Below are positions 1 to 12,599 of a stretch of DNA of 64,000 nt, one piece after another (position 1 is the stretch's first letter; the number at the start of each line of letters is the position of its first letter). Below the pieces are notes generated by a model. The model saw only the letters and a list, made by a program, of their open reading frames with translations. It was not told the DNA's origin and did not search any database. The stretch covers positions 687,799 to 751,798 of the forward strand of contig NMRA01000081.1 in assembly GCA_002633005.1 (NCBI GenBank), given 5' to 3'. The DNA comes from Phoronis australis (Eukaryota; Animalia; Phoronida). The translations under genes and the position numbers were made by a program.

Positions 1-129
1 CATTGTTTTTGTGATGTTATAACAAAATCCCAATGCTCGTCGTTGACTGACAGAACAATGCGCTGGAATCAAGGCCGGTGACGTCACCAGTTTCGCACGC
101 TTAACGCCCTTTATCGAGAAGCTGGACTT

Positions 130-205
130 AGCCCCGTAAGCAAAGCGTAAGTTGCGTCCGTGGGGTTGCAAGTTCGATCCTGCGCTGAGGCTGATCTCAG
201 AACAT
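130..205 (+). mobile_element. tRNA-like (Pol III B-box) repeat head, family shared with 38590-38670
   Basis: gttgcaagttcgatcc...gctgatctcagaa resembles gttgcaggttcgatac...gtgatctcagaa at 38628-38663. No complete cloverleaf. Confidence 0.4.
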
Positions 206-316
206 CACTTTTCTTGCCCACGTCTTTTTAATTGGCACTATAAAACGTACTTGTGCACGTGTTTGCTATAAAATTATATTTACTGCTGTTCCCACTGTAA
301 TATAACATAGAAATGT

Positions 317-430
317 GGGTAATGGTCGAATATAACGTGCTAGCAATTTGAGAACCATTTTTCTCCACTGAATAATGGACATCAAACTGGTTCACAAAAC
401 ACGGGTATGTTATATCAGACTAATGCCCAA
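317..430. mobile_element. About 115-bp hairpin mini-element; second copy in opposite orientation at 34915-35030
   Basis: atataacgtgc...gagaacca versus tggttcaca...atgttatat arms. The same motifs (gatataacgtgccca, gagaaccagtttgatg) recur at 34925-35020. Confidence 0.6.
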
Positions 431-1091
431 ATGTGGACCGATCCCGAGGGTGATATCAGGTCACAAAAGCAACAATTATCTCCTGATGTCCACATAACTT
501 GATATGCCCTAGGAATCGCTCTGTATTTGGCTTATTACAAGACAACTGGTGCTTCTCTCCTATGATTTCTTTCGTCTTTTACTGGTACAGCATGTTCTTA
601 CGTGCTTTGGTGCACTGGCATCGTCAGCCCGTTTTGTAGTCACTTCGTGGTTTCTACAATGTCTGACTGGTCAGGTCGAGACGGTGAATAGTGGAATGAA
701 TGAAAAGCAATATTCCATGGCCAGCTTGTTCAATTGTATATCGAAAGTTTTTGTCCTGCGTTTTAGCCAATCAGATGACAGAAGGATTAGTGATCGTGTT
801 ATAATACCCATTATTTTACTAAAAATATAACTTCCATGCATATTTCACCAATTCTACGGCTTTATTATCTGTCGTTGACAAACAAAGTATTCGTCAACTA
901 AGACGTCATTTTCAAATTTTTTTGGAAAAGTTTACCAGAGAAACATTGACAATGCCAAAAAAAAAACAGAAACGAGGACCCCTGAAAATTCTTGAGCAAC
1001 GTTTACCAAACTGTTTAAACATAAATTAATAAAAAATAAGAAATGGTCGAATGTCACCAATGTGTTCACATAGTCCGTTGACTGTTTACAG

Positions 1092-1193
1092 CATGTACCA
1101 AAACGTGTAAAGGCGGGCGTATTGGACAGGGAGTCTTGGATGAGAGCAACTGTTCGTGCCGATGTGAGTTTGGAAAAGGGCCAAACTGCGATG
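1092..1193 (+). CDS. Internal exon encoding an EGF-like module (CTKTCKGGRIGQGVLDESNCSCRCEFGKGPNCD) of a cysteine-rich protein; gene starts upstream of the window
   Basis: Acceptor tgtttacag| at 1091, donor G|gtaaga at 1194. 102 nt, phase 1-1, open frame. Six Cys in a C-x3-C...C-x-C-x-C...G-x-x-C pattern. Joins in frame (G+AG = Glu) to the 7285 exon. Confidence 0.8.
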
Positions 1194-1734
1194 GTAAGAT
1201 TTGCATCCTGAACTACACTTCTGCGCGCAAACAGACTGAAGCTGGCCTGAGACGTCGCGACTTTTCTTCAGTTTTTTACAATGCAGTTTCAGGAGTACTG
1301 AAGCGAATTAATATTATTTGTTGCAACAAACATAAATTGCAGCGAATTACCTGAGGTCGGTTTAAAGGAACTGTTGAATTTTTCTTGCTTATTACATATT
1401 TGATTGTTGCATGATGTCAGTTTTCAATACTCGAAAACGGTTGTTCTCACTAATTCAGTCCAAAAGGAATAAAAGAGGGCGCAATAGTATGAAATGCCCT
1501 TATATGGTCACCTCGTGGACGTCTCAGTTGAACGTGCTCAACAGCTTCTTATTTAATTTGCACTTTTCATATCTTGTGAAGTTTTGCTTTTCATGCACAA
1601 AAATGGGGACATCTATATATGTGTGTTTCTACATAAAATATGGTAATAAGTGGAAACACCTGTGTCAGTAAAGGATGATCAACCAAGGCTATGTTTGAAA
1701 CAGGGTACATCAAAGACAACAGAGGTGAAAATGC

Positions 1735-2010
1735 CAGGGTGGGTCCACCTATATAAATATACGTGGGCCCATCATGATGGGTTACTTTTATTTATATAGA
1801 TGTCCCCATAGCGGTGGGTTCGATCTATATTTATATAAGTGGACCCATCAATGTGGGTCCTTTTATATTTGTATAATTTAGATTGCCCCATCCGGGTGGG
1901 TCCATTGTTTGTACTCACAGAAGCGGTATTCACCTATAGGGGTAAGTCCAGCTGTGTTTATTTAGATAGACCCGCCATGGCGGGATTCATACCCACGATG
2001 GGTCCATCTT
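1735..2010. repeat. Array of alternating inverted GGTGGGTCCA / GGACCCATC motifs separated by TATA-rich spacers
   Basis: Repeated gggtgggtcca, tgggcccatc, gtgggttcga, ggacccatc and gtgggtcc visible directly. Confidence 0.55.
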
Positions 2011-2799
2011 TATCATCTCTAAAAAACGCGACACGTTATTAAGTAATGTTTGGATCGGATGAGATAAAACTGGATGCATAAGATTTTACATTGTCACAAA
2101 ATGGAACTCGACTGCTGATTTTGGTTAAAATCGCAAGAAAGATGGCGTTGTGGCGACAACTTTTCAATGTTTTGTTTTGCAGAGCCATAGCTAGGGGATT
2201 TTTTCTGTGGATAGATCATGTCACAGATTATCGGTAATGGGTCATTTGTTTTTCTCAAGAACTCACCGTTCTAGAGTTATTCAAGATTTTCTGATGACTG
2301 CTATCGACCCATTTGATATGCACCATGTGCAGTTCACAGCACGTCTCGTATGTACAACATTCTATTACTCATGTTACTTCTTGTGCTGTATCGTGGTGCC
2401 TCCGCCCTGTGAGGTGAGTTTCCAGATTTCGGAGATCGAAACCTCGGGTTAAGCTTTGACAGCAATAGTAAGGGGAGAAAGTTGGCAAATCAATGTCTAC
2501 GTTCATCGCAAACAGCTTTCAACAAATGTGAAGAAGATGAGTTATTCATGAAATACAACAGGCCCGTAGCCAGCATTGCGCAAGGGGGTGGTTCGAATTT
2601 CTGGAACAGTGTTCCTTTTATGTTTTGCAAAGGTCGACCCGGTATAGTTTTCAGTAAGGCCCTTGACGCAGCTTGATTAGGGGGAAGGGAAATCTGTATA
2701 TATAACGATGACTCTCAGCTCTAGGTTCTGAGATGAGACGGAAATAAGGATTCCGTGATGGTTGCTCGTAAAGATTGGAAGGAAGGAATCAATTAAAAA

Positions 2800-3035
2800 T
2801 TTATACACCCCATGAAACAGTTTGGACAATATGGTCTTTGGTGGGTGGACCTTTCCCACAGTTGCCGTATAATTCGCAAAATGCGTAGGTCACGCTTGAC
2901 AGTTTAGCAAACTTTGAAAGTTTCCAAATTTTTCAGCAAACTTTTGAGGATTGTCAATGGTTACAGAGTGTTATTTTGTTTTAGAGAAATGGATGGGAAA
3001 GTCACTTTTAGTATCTGTCAATAGGCCAAATCTGG
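2800..3035 (+). repeat. Dispersed repeat family, related copies at about 3550-3750 and 29760-29970
   Basis: Shared core tggtct(t)tggtgg(g/a)tgg..ctttccca and downstream ttattttg.tt.agagaa/cagcgaa in all three places. Confidence 0.6.
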
Positions 3036-3054
3036 GTATGGTATCGTATTAAAA

Positions 3055-3298
3055 ATGCAAGAACGTACTTGGTTTTCCGTATTCGTAAGACATGCCGGTT
3101 GTTGCGCATGAAATCAATAGTACCCGGACGTTTTCTTGGGTATAAGTACACCACTCAGCGCATCTAATAACCAAAGTATCGTTTACTTTTGCATGCAAAA
3201 GTATAAAAATTAAACCTTGGTTCGAAATTTTAGATAGTTTCGGTGTAGTGAACCTTCGGAGTAGTGAACCTTCAGAATAGTGGGTTGTTCCCATTTCC
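3055..3298 (+). repeat. Dispersed repeat, direct copy at about 17995-18248
   Basis: Shared strings tattcgtaagacatg, accactca..gcatctaataacc, tttgcatg.aaaagtat, gtagtgaaccttcg and tgttcccatttcca. Confidence 0.75.
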
Positions 3299-6114
3299 AT
3301 CGATGTAAGTAACACGCAAAAATATAACCAGATAAAATTTCGTCAAGTCATTCTCAAACTAAAAAATTCCCTCCGAGTATATATTTAAAGGAGAATGCCA
3401 CCAAATTTAATTTTTACCGCCTTAATCGGTCTATATCCACATCATCTCGCATACGGTCGAACTTACCTCCCCGAGAGTTTCTCTCACTTGCTAATGCATC
3501 ATTGGTGCCAATCTTGAAAGATAAAGCAGGAAACACCAAAGAATTCATACCCACGATCTCACGAATTAGATGTTACGGTCCTTGATGGGTGGTCTTTTCC
3601 CACAGATGCCGCGTAATTCAATAAAAGCGTAGTAGAATTTGTAAAAGGTTTTCTAATGATTTTCCTCAAAACTTTAGAGGGTTGTCGAGCCGTTACAGAC
3701 TGAGCATTATTTTGCTTCAGCGAACTGGATGGGAAAGTCGTCTTCATTCGTTTGTGTGGCTACAAACTCTGTCCCGCTTAACCTTAGCTTTGTATACCAA
3801 CATATGAAAATGTCGGCAGACTTCAAAATCAATTATTCAAAAGGCAAGTGACGTAATGCAGGAAACTGGACTCAGAGTAAGACCAAAAGCATAGTTGGGT
3901 CTGGTCTGTACACGGTCCCGGAGAAACTTCCCACAATCAAGAATTGCCTTCTGAGATAAGACTGTGCAACCTTCTGATATGCCGATAAATGGACTGTTGC
4001 CTAAAACAAATGTGATTTTTGCTATGCCCCGGTGGCCATCGTCTAAGCTAATTTTTTCGCTCCAGAAGTGATTTTTGACATGATTTTATGTCAGTATTAC
4101 AATGAAAAAGCATCCATAAATTATCTTCAATAGTATAACTACTGAAGTGGCACTACTGGTAAGGCCTGAGAGTATAGCCTTAGTCGGTGAAATTACCTAG
4201 TATCAACCATACATTGGCTGGGTGGTTAACACACGTGTGAATATTCCTTGAGTAGTTGCTCACGTCCCTAAATTAACTGAAGAGATAAAGAATCGTTATT
4301 TTAAACATACATTTTTGAAAGATGAAAATGAAAACAACACAGTGTTCTTTCATGAAACCACGATTCGGTATTGGTTGTCCACACTACTACGTCATTCAGG
4401 ACAGCCAATAATAAACCGGAAGCTAGTACGTCCTGGATCTCAGCGCGATCCAATTTCTCATTCTCAATTCTTTTTTCTAGTCGAAAATGGCGTTTTCAAC
4501 ACACATTATTGGACGTGACACCTTTTCTTCACTCTATCAACAACCGTATGAAAAGAATGGAAAGTTTTGTGTCATTTAATGTGACAAACCTAGAGATGAG
4601 CCCAGAAACGTTATTCACTGCATTGTATTGCTGACCCTTTCACTCCTACAGCAATGCAGAAAAAGGAGCACAAACACAATATTGGCAATTTTCACCCCAA
4701 AACCATTACTTTCCTGCCCATGTGTGACATAAGACAACATTAGACGCTGAAATCAAATTTCTCACAGATTTAGAAAATGTAGTCCAAAACTACTAAGGCA
4801 ACCAAGTAGTTTTTTTGCGATTCTGGTTTATTTGAAGGCTATCAGAAATCGCAGCCGAGTTCTCAATCGCTACTCAGCTATGCACAAATGAAACAGAAGC
4901 CGCCACCTTCAAGACGAGTGCACTTACAGCCAAGCAAAGGTCTTTTTTCATTCCCAAATTTTCACTTTTTTCATTCACTCACAAATACAAACAAACCAGA
5001 TACACTGAACCTACATGCAACGCCTTCTTCAAAGATTGGTGTATCTCGAGAACTTAATTTTTTGGCAGCCTAACTGTTCAGTGCCACCTACATTACGCGT
5101 CTCCGACTCTATCACCAAGGCGTACTGCCCACCATATTGAATCGTCACAACGTGACGAATGTTTCCAAGTGATCGTTCCCCACCCTGGAGTACTTATCTG
5201 TATGTACTTACGCGACATTTTGCTGAAAACAACCACTCTTGAAAGAACCAACAAGACAACCGCATTACAGACAGACATAGAAAATGCAAAAATAACTACT
5301 GTGGCCGAGAAAGGACATGGAAGATTTATTCACACTTCAATGATTATTAAACACATCCCCGCACCCGAGAATCCAAGTAGAACGTATCAAAACAGGTTAT
5401 CACGTCACAAAGATTTCAATAAACGCAATCATAATATATAATATATAATGACTTTGACAAAGTTCAAGTCAAAATCGCCTAATCCTGTGTCGCGATTTAT
5501 CTCCATTCGTAAGAGAAGACACTTTCCAGCGACAGCCACTAAATCCTAATAGTTTACTAGGTTGCTTCTCGTACTGCTATTCTCACATAAATTTCACTGG
5601 CACTGCATCATGGTTATGGTTCAAATTTATAGCTATAATTAGCATATTTTGTGTTTTCACGTTTGGACAGTGAGTGAAAAGGAAGTCCACTGCAGAGTTT
5701 CGTAGAGCGTAAAACATTATCCTGCACCTGATTAACTACCGGTTTCGCCCGGTCAACCTGATAAGCTCTTGATGACGACTTCCGGCTTACAGACCAATCC
5801 ATCCGCGGACCCGGCGAAGTTAATCAAGTGTAGACGATGTCATACACTTGAGGTGAAAAATCTTTTAGAATGTAAATTTTGTTTCAACCTCACAATTCAA
5901 CACCTCATCAATCAATCTCTTCTATGGCCGTCATTTTGCTCAGGCTAGGATACGGCTAAGCTCCCACGCATACCTGTGAAACACTCGCTTTTCAATCGCA
6001 TGATTTTGCGAGGTCTGATCTCCCTCTTTAACATAACAGCAAATGGCATTGACTCTTTCAGGAAGACACATACGGACAGTACAGTCAGGCAATAAGTGAA
6101 TGCAGCGTGTCGCC

Positions 6115-7052
6115 TAACCTTGGTGCAAAGCTGTATACTTAATATAAAGCTTTGCGCCAATGTGGGTAAAAAAACTGGCCAAATAAAATCTTACACAAAC
6201 TTTGTGTCATCAGAAACTACACTCTTCCTTGAGTAAACTCAATTATTTACCGTTCTACCGTTATTCTGCTGCTAAAGTTGTGGTGCGATTTTATTCGTCG
6301 GCTTTCGGCGCCATGAAACATTGCGTCACTTATTGGCCAGTTTGTTTTTTCGCCAGTTTGCTCGTCGATTCTTCAATTAACTGACACGAGGTTGCGTACA
6401 TATCATAACAAATTATGGGAGCTGATTTCACTTCATTATAAGGTTTTAGAATTTTGATACCAGCAAACCGAATTTCAGAACAAATTTTGCTGTTGCGATG
6501 CTCTGGTGTCACCATCTCTCAAGGGATGTCCCAAAGAATTTAGGAAATGGTCGAAATTTCACACCGTCCGGGTAGTTCTGCTCGTCATCTCGTCATGAAA
6601 AACAGTACGCTCATAACATGAGCACGCGCATTTTCCTATTTTGCGACATCTCTCGAGAGATGGTGGCAGCTTCACAGCAGCAAAGGTTGATCTAAATTTT
6701 ATTTTACTGGTATTAAAGTACTAAAAACTGAAACCAGTACAGCTAGTTTGTTGTGACATGTACGCAACCTCGTGAAAGAAGAACAGTTGATTGGAGAATT
6801 AGCGAAAAAAGAAACTGGCCAATAGGTGACGCTATATTTCATGGCGCCGGAAGCTGATGTACAACAACGCTCTACAACTTTAGGAGCACAATAATGGTAG
6901 AACGCCAACTTTTCTAACACCAATAGATAATTTAGTTTACTCAAGGCACTTGAGAAGATTTTAATTACACATGTTTTGTGCCATATTTTATGGTGGCCGT
7001 TTTCTGCGCTAAGCTGCCGGTATACTTAGTATACAGCTTTGCACCAAGGCTA
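6115..7052. mobile_element. Non-autonomous foldback DNA transposon with arms of about 430 bp, TAG-type terminus (Academ-like)
   Basis: taaccttggtgcaaagctgtatact at 6115 is the reverse complement of agtatacagctttgcaccaaggcta ending 7052. ORFs 6202+ and 6699- are mirror translations. Flanks CGCC/CTCC. Confidence 0.85.
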
Positions 7053-7284
7053 CTCCTCCTGAGCATTGTCACAGGGGTCCGCCTCTTTTTAAAGCATAGA
7101 CAACACGGTGATAGGGTTCGAACGTTTCGGTGACCAAGGTTGCACGAATGCTGTGACGACGGGGTTAGAAAAGCTGTGGAGACCAGGGACAGGTCAAATT
7201 AATTCCCTCAGACTTCTTATTGCTTAGGGCCCTCGGCAATCCTCAATCTGGCACGGAGTGAATAAAACACTTTTGGCATTCCAG

Positions 7285-7410
7285 AGGAGTGCAGGAATCC
7301 GTCAAATTACTTGAATTATGACGAATGTGAAAACGTGAGGCCTGAAGAATGCCATGATGACAGTCTACGACCAATATTAGAGGAATTCTGCCCTGAGCAG
7401 TGTCTATGTA
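7285..7410 (+). CDS. Internal exon encoding a ShKT / CRISP ion-channel-regulator-like six-Cys domain (ECRNPSNYLNYDECENVRPEECHDDSLRPILEEFCPEQCLC)
   Basis: Acceptor ttttggcattccag| at 7284, donor A|gtaagt at 7411. 126 nt, phase 1-1, no stops. Ends in CPxxCxC as ShKT/ICR domains do. Confidence 0.8.
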
Positions 7411-7714
7411 GTAAGTACCAGCGTGTGTTTTCAAAAAGTCATGTTATTATCCAAATCTTTTTTCTTGTGATTTTACGTTTTACTTGGAGGTAGGTTGCAC
7501 CAGTTTTAAGCCCTGAATCAGATCTAGGATATCGTAAAGGGGGGCCCAACATTTTGTCTCGTGAAAAATCGCGCAAAGCTCAGTTGTCGAGGCGGATAGC
7601 GCCGAATGGGGGAAAATTTTGTTTTTTGCCTCTAAAACAAGAATTTTCCTTGATTTCTGAAGTATTATCAAAGAAAAAACCTTGAGAATGTGTAAAAAAT
7701 GGAAAAATTGAAAA

Positions 7715-7776
7715 GTGCACGGACTCGAACTCGCGACCTATTGGTCAGCGTGCGCGTGTTCTTTCACTGCGCCACC
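7715..7776 (-). mobile_element. tRNA-derived SINE-like segment (A and B boxes) inside a larger repeat
   Basis: Minus strand reads gtggcgcagtg...ggtcgcgagttcgagtcc: A-box- and B-box-like, but acceptor and anticodon stems do not pair as in a real tRNA. Confidence 0.5.
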
Positions 7777-9425
7777 ACGTTTCCAACTAAGACATGCTAA
7801 GAGACGCTTGTTTATGGTCCACAGCGTTTGCGCGCGAACCTGGTTCTTTTCCTAATTATTTATATTAATTACACGTTTAATATTTGGTGCAACCACTTCG
7901 TAGCAAAAGTTGTTGTGTTTAAAATAGTCTTCAGTTGCCCAAAAGATTAAATCCATTTTTTCGTGTTGGCACTAACCACGCAACTAATTTCTGGTGACCC
8001 CTTCTTATTGATTATTGATGAATTAGCTCAAAATTTTAATAGATTTTAATAGAAGTTAATTTTAAATCATCATTTTTCACCCAAAAAGTGATCAGGTACA
8101 AAATCTTAAAAGCAATAAATGTCTACCTCTTACATGTATGCATTCTAAGACCCTAGCTCCTACAGAGAGGCTCGTTGATGCAGGAACAGAATGTCACCTG
8201 CTAAAGAGGCGACTTGTGTAAGCAAGCAGAAAAAACATCCGGCTATAAATGTAGGGGTAGCTTTTTTGAAATGTTGATTCTTTGTGCAAACGTGCTATTT
8301 TAGGCAATAATCCGCGCATTTCATCCAAAACGAATATTTGATTTAGCGTCACTAAATTTTGTAAAATGGACCTCGTCTTGTTCCTTACTCGGATCAGCAA
8401 TGATTTCTAGTGAAGATTTATTTTTGGTTTAGACCAGGTTCATTACTATTGCACGTCACGGCGTGTTAGTCTCAGGTACGCCAAGGAAACTCCGGGCGAT
8501 TTATTGCAAATAGTTCCTACTAAGAACAAAATCAGAACCCAATGACGTATTTTTGGATGAGCAAAAAAAGAAAGTTAATGATTTTAACACCACAGCATGA
8601 CTTTAAGTATAGTTGCAAAATCTGTAAGATTTTTATTTTGTGCGTGGATTGTCACATTTTCGCTTCTTATTGAGCCCTACTGTCACCCTAAAGAGCCGTA
8701 CTTCGAGTACGAAACTCGAGCGACTTTGCAGACCTCTCTGCTACATGCCTTGGCCCGCTGAAACATCAAAATACTTGCATCTAGACGGCGGATAAGATTA
8801 GTGAACGCACCCTGCGAACAATCAAATAACCTTGTCTTCTAGTTGTAAACTACTGTAGGAGTTGAGCTTAGACTGTGACCGAGTAGTAGCAAGTTCGGTT
8901 GCCGCGCACTGCTCAGGCAGATACGTTAGTATTTCATAAAATATTTAAAGAAATATAACAGTTATTGTTTTGAGAAAGAAAACATCCTTCAGTTATAGGT
9001 TTACACCTCAAATAACTCCCTAGTGTGAAAAACTAGAATGTTAGCATAATCGTTTCAACGAGGGCAGCTTCCTGTGGGAGAAATTAATCCTAACAGATAA
9101 GTTATAACAAAATTTGTGAATAGGCCAAGTGGAAGCATCCGCCAAAAAAGTTTTACCACAATTATAGTATTCTGTGCCTTCTGTCCTTGCGCCAGCCTCC
9201 TGCTGACGAACTTTAACAACTTCTTCCACACATGTGGAAGCTTTCATTTTGTTTAGTTAAGACAATGCCTGCACTGCAAGGACTACTTAAAAGGAATGGC
9301 CTGTGTTCGGAATGTCATTTAGGGACACGCGAAGGGCTGAAGCAGCAGGTGTTGAAAAGTAATTAACTTCGAATGCAATATTGCTTAAAAGAATTTATGC
9401 ATATTTTAATCTCAATTTGCTTCAG

Positions 9426-9493
9426 GGAGACACCCGCTTACCCAGCAGGTGGCCAGGGGTAGAACCGTGGGCTACAGATATGAGATCGTGTGA
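9426..9493 (+). CDS. Probable terminal coding exon of the EGF/ShKT gene (RRHPLTQQVARGRTVGYRYEIV*)
   Basis: Acceptor ctcaatttgcttcag| at 9425. Phase-1 compatible with the 7410 donor. TGA at 9491-9493, AATAAA at 9651-9656. No domain support. Confidence 0.5.
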
Positions 9494-10544
9494 TCGATGA
9501 GTGCGCATCTCAAAGCCAACAGGAAATTACGTTATACATTGTCAACATCGTGACTACAACGAGTCAAGAATATGCTGTCTACATGCAAATGCATTTACTG
9601 CGCGTGAACCCTTACGTCAGGCATGTACATAGAGCAGTACTGATGTGTATAATAAATGACTTCGCAGCACGACGAAGACTGGATCATTCTGACAACAAAA
9701 AGATAGAAAAGTTACTCAAGGCCTTATCACACCAAGGTAGTTCTCACTACGTTCTCAGCCGGGAATTTGAACTCAACGAGCTGGGGCTGTCTAAGAAATG
9801 TGTTAACGCTGGAAACATTTTTTTGCAATGTGAAAAATAATCCCATGCCCGGAATTACACTCAAGTCAAAGTGTCTAGTGCCCGCCCCTCCCTAATCTGT
9901 TTCCCTCAGTGCGTCCGAGCCCGCTATAAAATCTTAATCAAATTGGCTGGGCCATTCTGAGAACGGGCTTGGTGTGACTGGGTGCCAAAAGACGGAATTA
10001 TCATGGTCGCAGCCATCCGTTTACAACAAGAATTTGTAAGATTTTAAGATACAGTAAACACACGCATTCCACCAAAAATAATTTATGGCTTAGCTAGCTT
10101 CTTACTGTTACGAAGAATAGAAAATATTTCTCGGCTTGAGAAGAATTAGAATTGACAGTTAGATACTACTTCACTGGCAGGCCCATTAAAACTGGGCTTG
10201 TTACTGGAGCGTATAGTTTCAGTCGCTAATGCAATTGACTGTAAGTAAATTCACATGAAAAAAAGATAGAGGGATATATACGCCTGTAAAAAATTGGTGC
10301 TTTTGATACCAGAACAAACTGGGCTCGATTTGACGACCTGCGAATCGCCAATGCGAGGTCAGATTTTCTTTGGCGACAAGTCGCCATGAAGTCGTCAGCG
10401 TTCAAACGTGACCTGGAAGTAAAGACACGGTAATTTCTCAACAAAACCAGCAAGTTCCGACCTTTATGCATGCGCAAACAATGCGTTACGATCATTGCTT
10501 AACGCTGAAGCCAAACAAGGTGAAATAGTCGCTGGAACACCGAG

Positions 10545-10685
10545 AAAAAAAGTCCACTAAAAGGCAGGAACAACCAAAATCGCCGAATGCACAATTCATA
10601 GCTTTGAACGTAGCCCGTGAAACTTAGTAAAAGGTGCACATTCTCAAAAATTCGAGCCCTTCCTTTTTTTAGGCTGGTTGCGCAC
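10545..10685 (+). repeat. Dispersed MITE-like repeat, second copy at 13377-13510
   Basis: Shared aaaagtccactaaaa, ccaaaat..g.cgaatg.acaattcat, cacattctcaa and ttttaggctgg.tgcgc. Confidence 0.75.
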
Positions 10686-11344
10686 ATCATTTCCATTGTC
10701 CAACAAGCAAGAACGCATAGGCGCTGTTTTTTTTGTTGAATGCACCGCACCGCCTCACATGGGTTTTCCTGTTAAGGCGAGCTCATTTTATGTTTGGCGT
10801 CGTTGGGAATTCTTCCAGCTAGCATTTGACGAGTTGGCATTCTGGTGAGCATCGAGCCCAGGAGTGGTTTATAGCAATCAGGTAAGGCTCGGAGGCATCT
10901 GTGAAAAGAACTAGCTGAACTTGAAGCTTGCTAAACTGACCATTCCGTGACAAAAATGTCGTGTGCCGACTTGACGTATGAAAGCAAACTCCATAACAAC
11001 TCACTCTGTTATTCAGTGATGTTGGCACAAGATCAATCGACTGAAAGCATTGAATTGCTTGGGTGAGAGCTGCATTAACATGATACACCAACTTTTCGTC
11101 TTTCTTTTTCTGGAAATCAGAACTCACACATGAATGTAATGAGAGATTAGCTTTGTGCAACCATAGATTATGTACTATAGTCTATGGTGCAACTTAGTTG
11201 TCAGCTGCGTAATGCAAGATGCTCGTCCCTAGAAAAACAATGACTGAATACATCAGTGTAATACATGTATTTTCGAAAATAACTGTGGTTTACCTACACA
11301 CTTTTCCTCAAATGGATGGGGATGCCTTGGGAACGTGGTCATTG

Positions 11345-11475
11345 GGCGTTAACTGGCCTTTTGGCCGCTTTGGTGTTCAGTGGCCAAGGGTACTCGATGG
11401 CCCTATGTGCTCAGTGACATGAAATGCTCAGTGGCCTTGTGTGCTCAGTAGCATTGGATGCTCATTGGCCTTATA
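11345..11475 (+). repeat. Degenerate 17-18 bp tandem repeat (gtgctcagtggcctt-like)
   Basis: Recurring tgctcagtg/tgctcagta/tgctcattg followed by gcc. Confidence 0.55.
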
Positions 11476-12599
11476 TCCTGGGTTGCGTGGCCTAGTCACT
11501 GAAGCATCAGGTATACAACTGTGAACTGGTGAGTTATTTTTCATGAGCTGAACAGCCTGGTTCTTCCTCAGTTATCCGTGAAAGCGCAGCTTCTTGATTG
11601 AAATTGGGACTAATTAATTTGAAATGAGTAATAAAATTAGAGAACCACCAGGCACCAAATTATCCGATCGGCCTTAAGTCATGACTATATTTTAATTCGC
11701 TCGTGGCTTTAAAACTAATTATTATATAGTGGCCACGTGATGAAGTACAGGGATAGGACAATCGGTGGACAGTGTTCTCCATTCTCGTATGAGTTCAATG
11801 CAGTGTGTTATCCAGCTGTTGCACGGTTACTGACGTATACACACGATTCACACAAGATGTCCAGCCTTTCAAGACGGCCACGAATAACAAATTGCGTTCA
11901 CCCCTGTCAATTCAGCTCGTCATCCAATACTGGTATTGAAAAGAGGATAAAATATGTTGATGAAACGTTATAAAGGTGAATTCCTTTCATTTGTGCTTGT
12001 CTGTCCATAAAATAGTCTACGGCTTATCAAAGTGTTCACCTGATCGGGAAGTCTAGTACGTGCTTTCATCAGCGACAAACACTTTTCCTCGTTTGTTCTC
12101 CGCCTCGTTGATCCGCATTGCAAGTGGCCCAAGCGCATCGTAGAACATTCTTGAAATGTGTTGAGCCGTGTTAATATTTCAAAATTACATCATTCAAAGT
12201 ATTTCTCTGGCAGCAAATTTGATACTAGTGTATTGAAAGTGATTGTTAAGACTTCATCGTAAAAATGAGATGCTCGATGTCGTAAACACTATTTTTGCTT
12301 TTGTGTCGGTCAAATGCTTGCTACTTCGCGCTTTTGGTGTCATGGTGCGACGTGCATTCTCCTTGTTTGGAAATGTGACCTCTTGACCTGTTGGCCCGAT
12401 GTAAGCGTTTTTCATGATACCGTACATCATATGAATCTGATCATCCATTTTTGAGATATGATGTTCGAATGTTATACAAATTTAGTTATTTTTCTAGCGC
12501 CCTACATAATCTTATAGTGCTTTATACCACAGTTACCTAGTTTTGACAAATTACTAGATTGTCACCATCACTAAACCTTCCTTTATAGCACTGCACATC

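Noticed and set aside
7715-7776. tRNA gene (also 130-205 and 38590-38670)
   Set aside because: Only A/B-box-like motifs are present; stems do not close into a cloverleaf and the segments are embedded in repeats.
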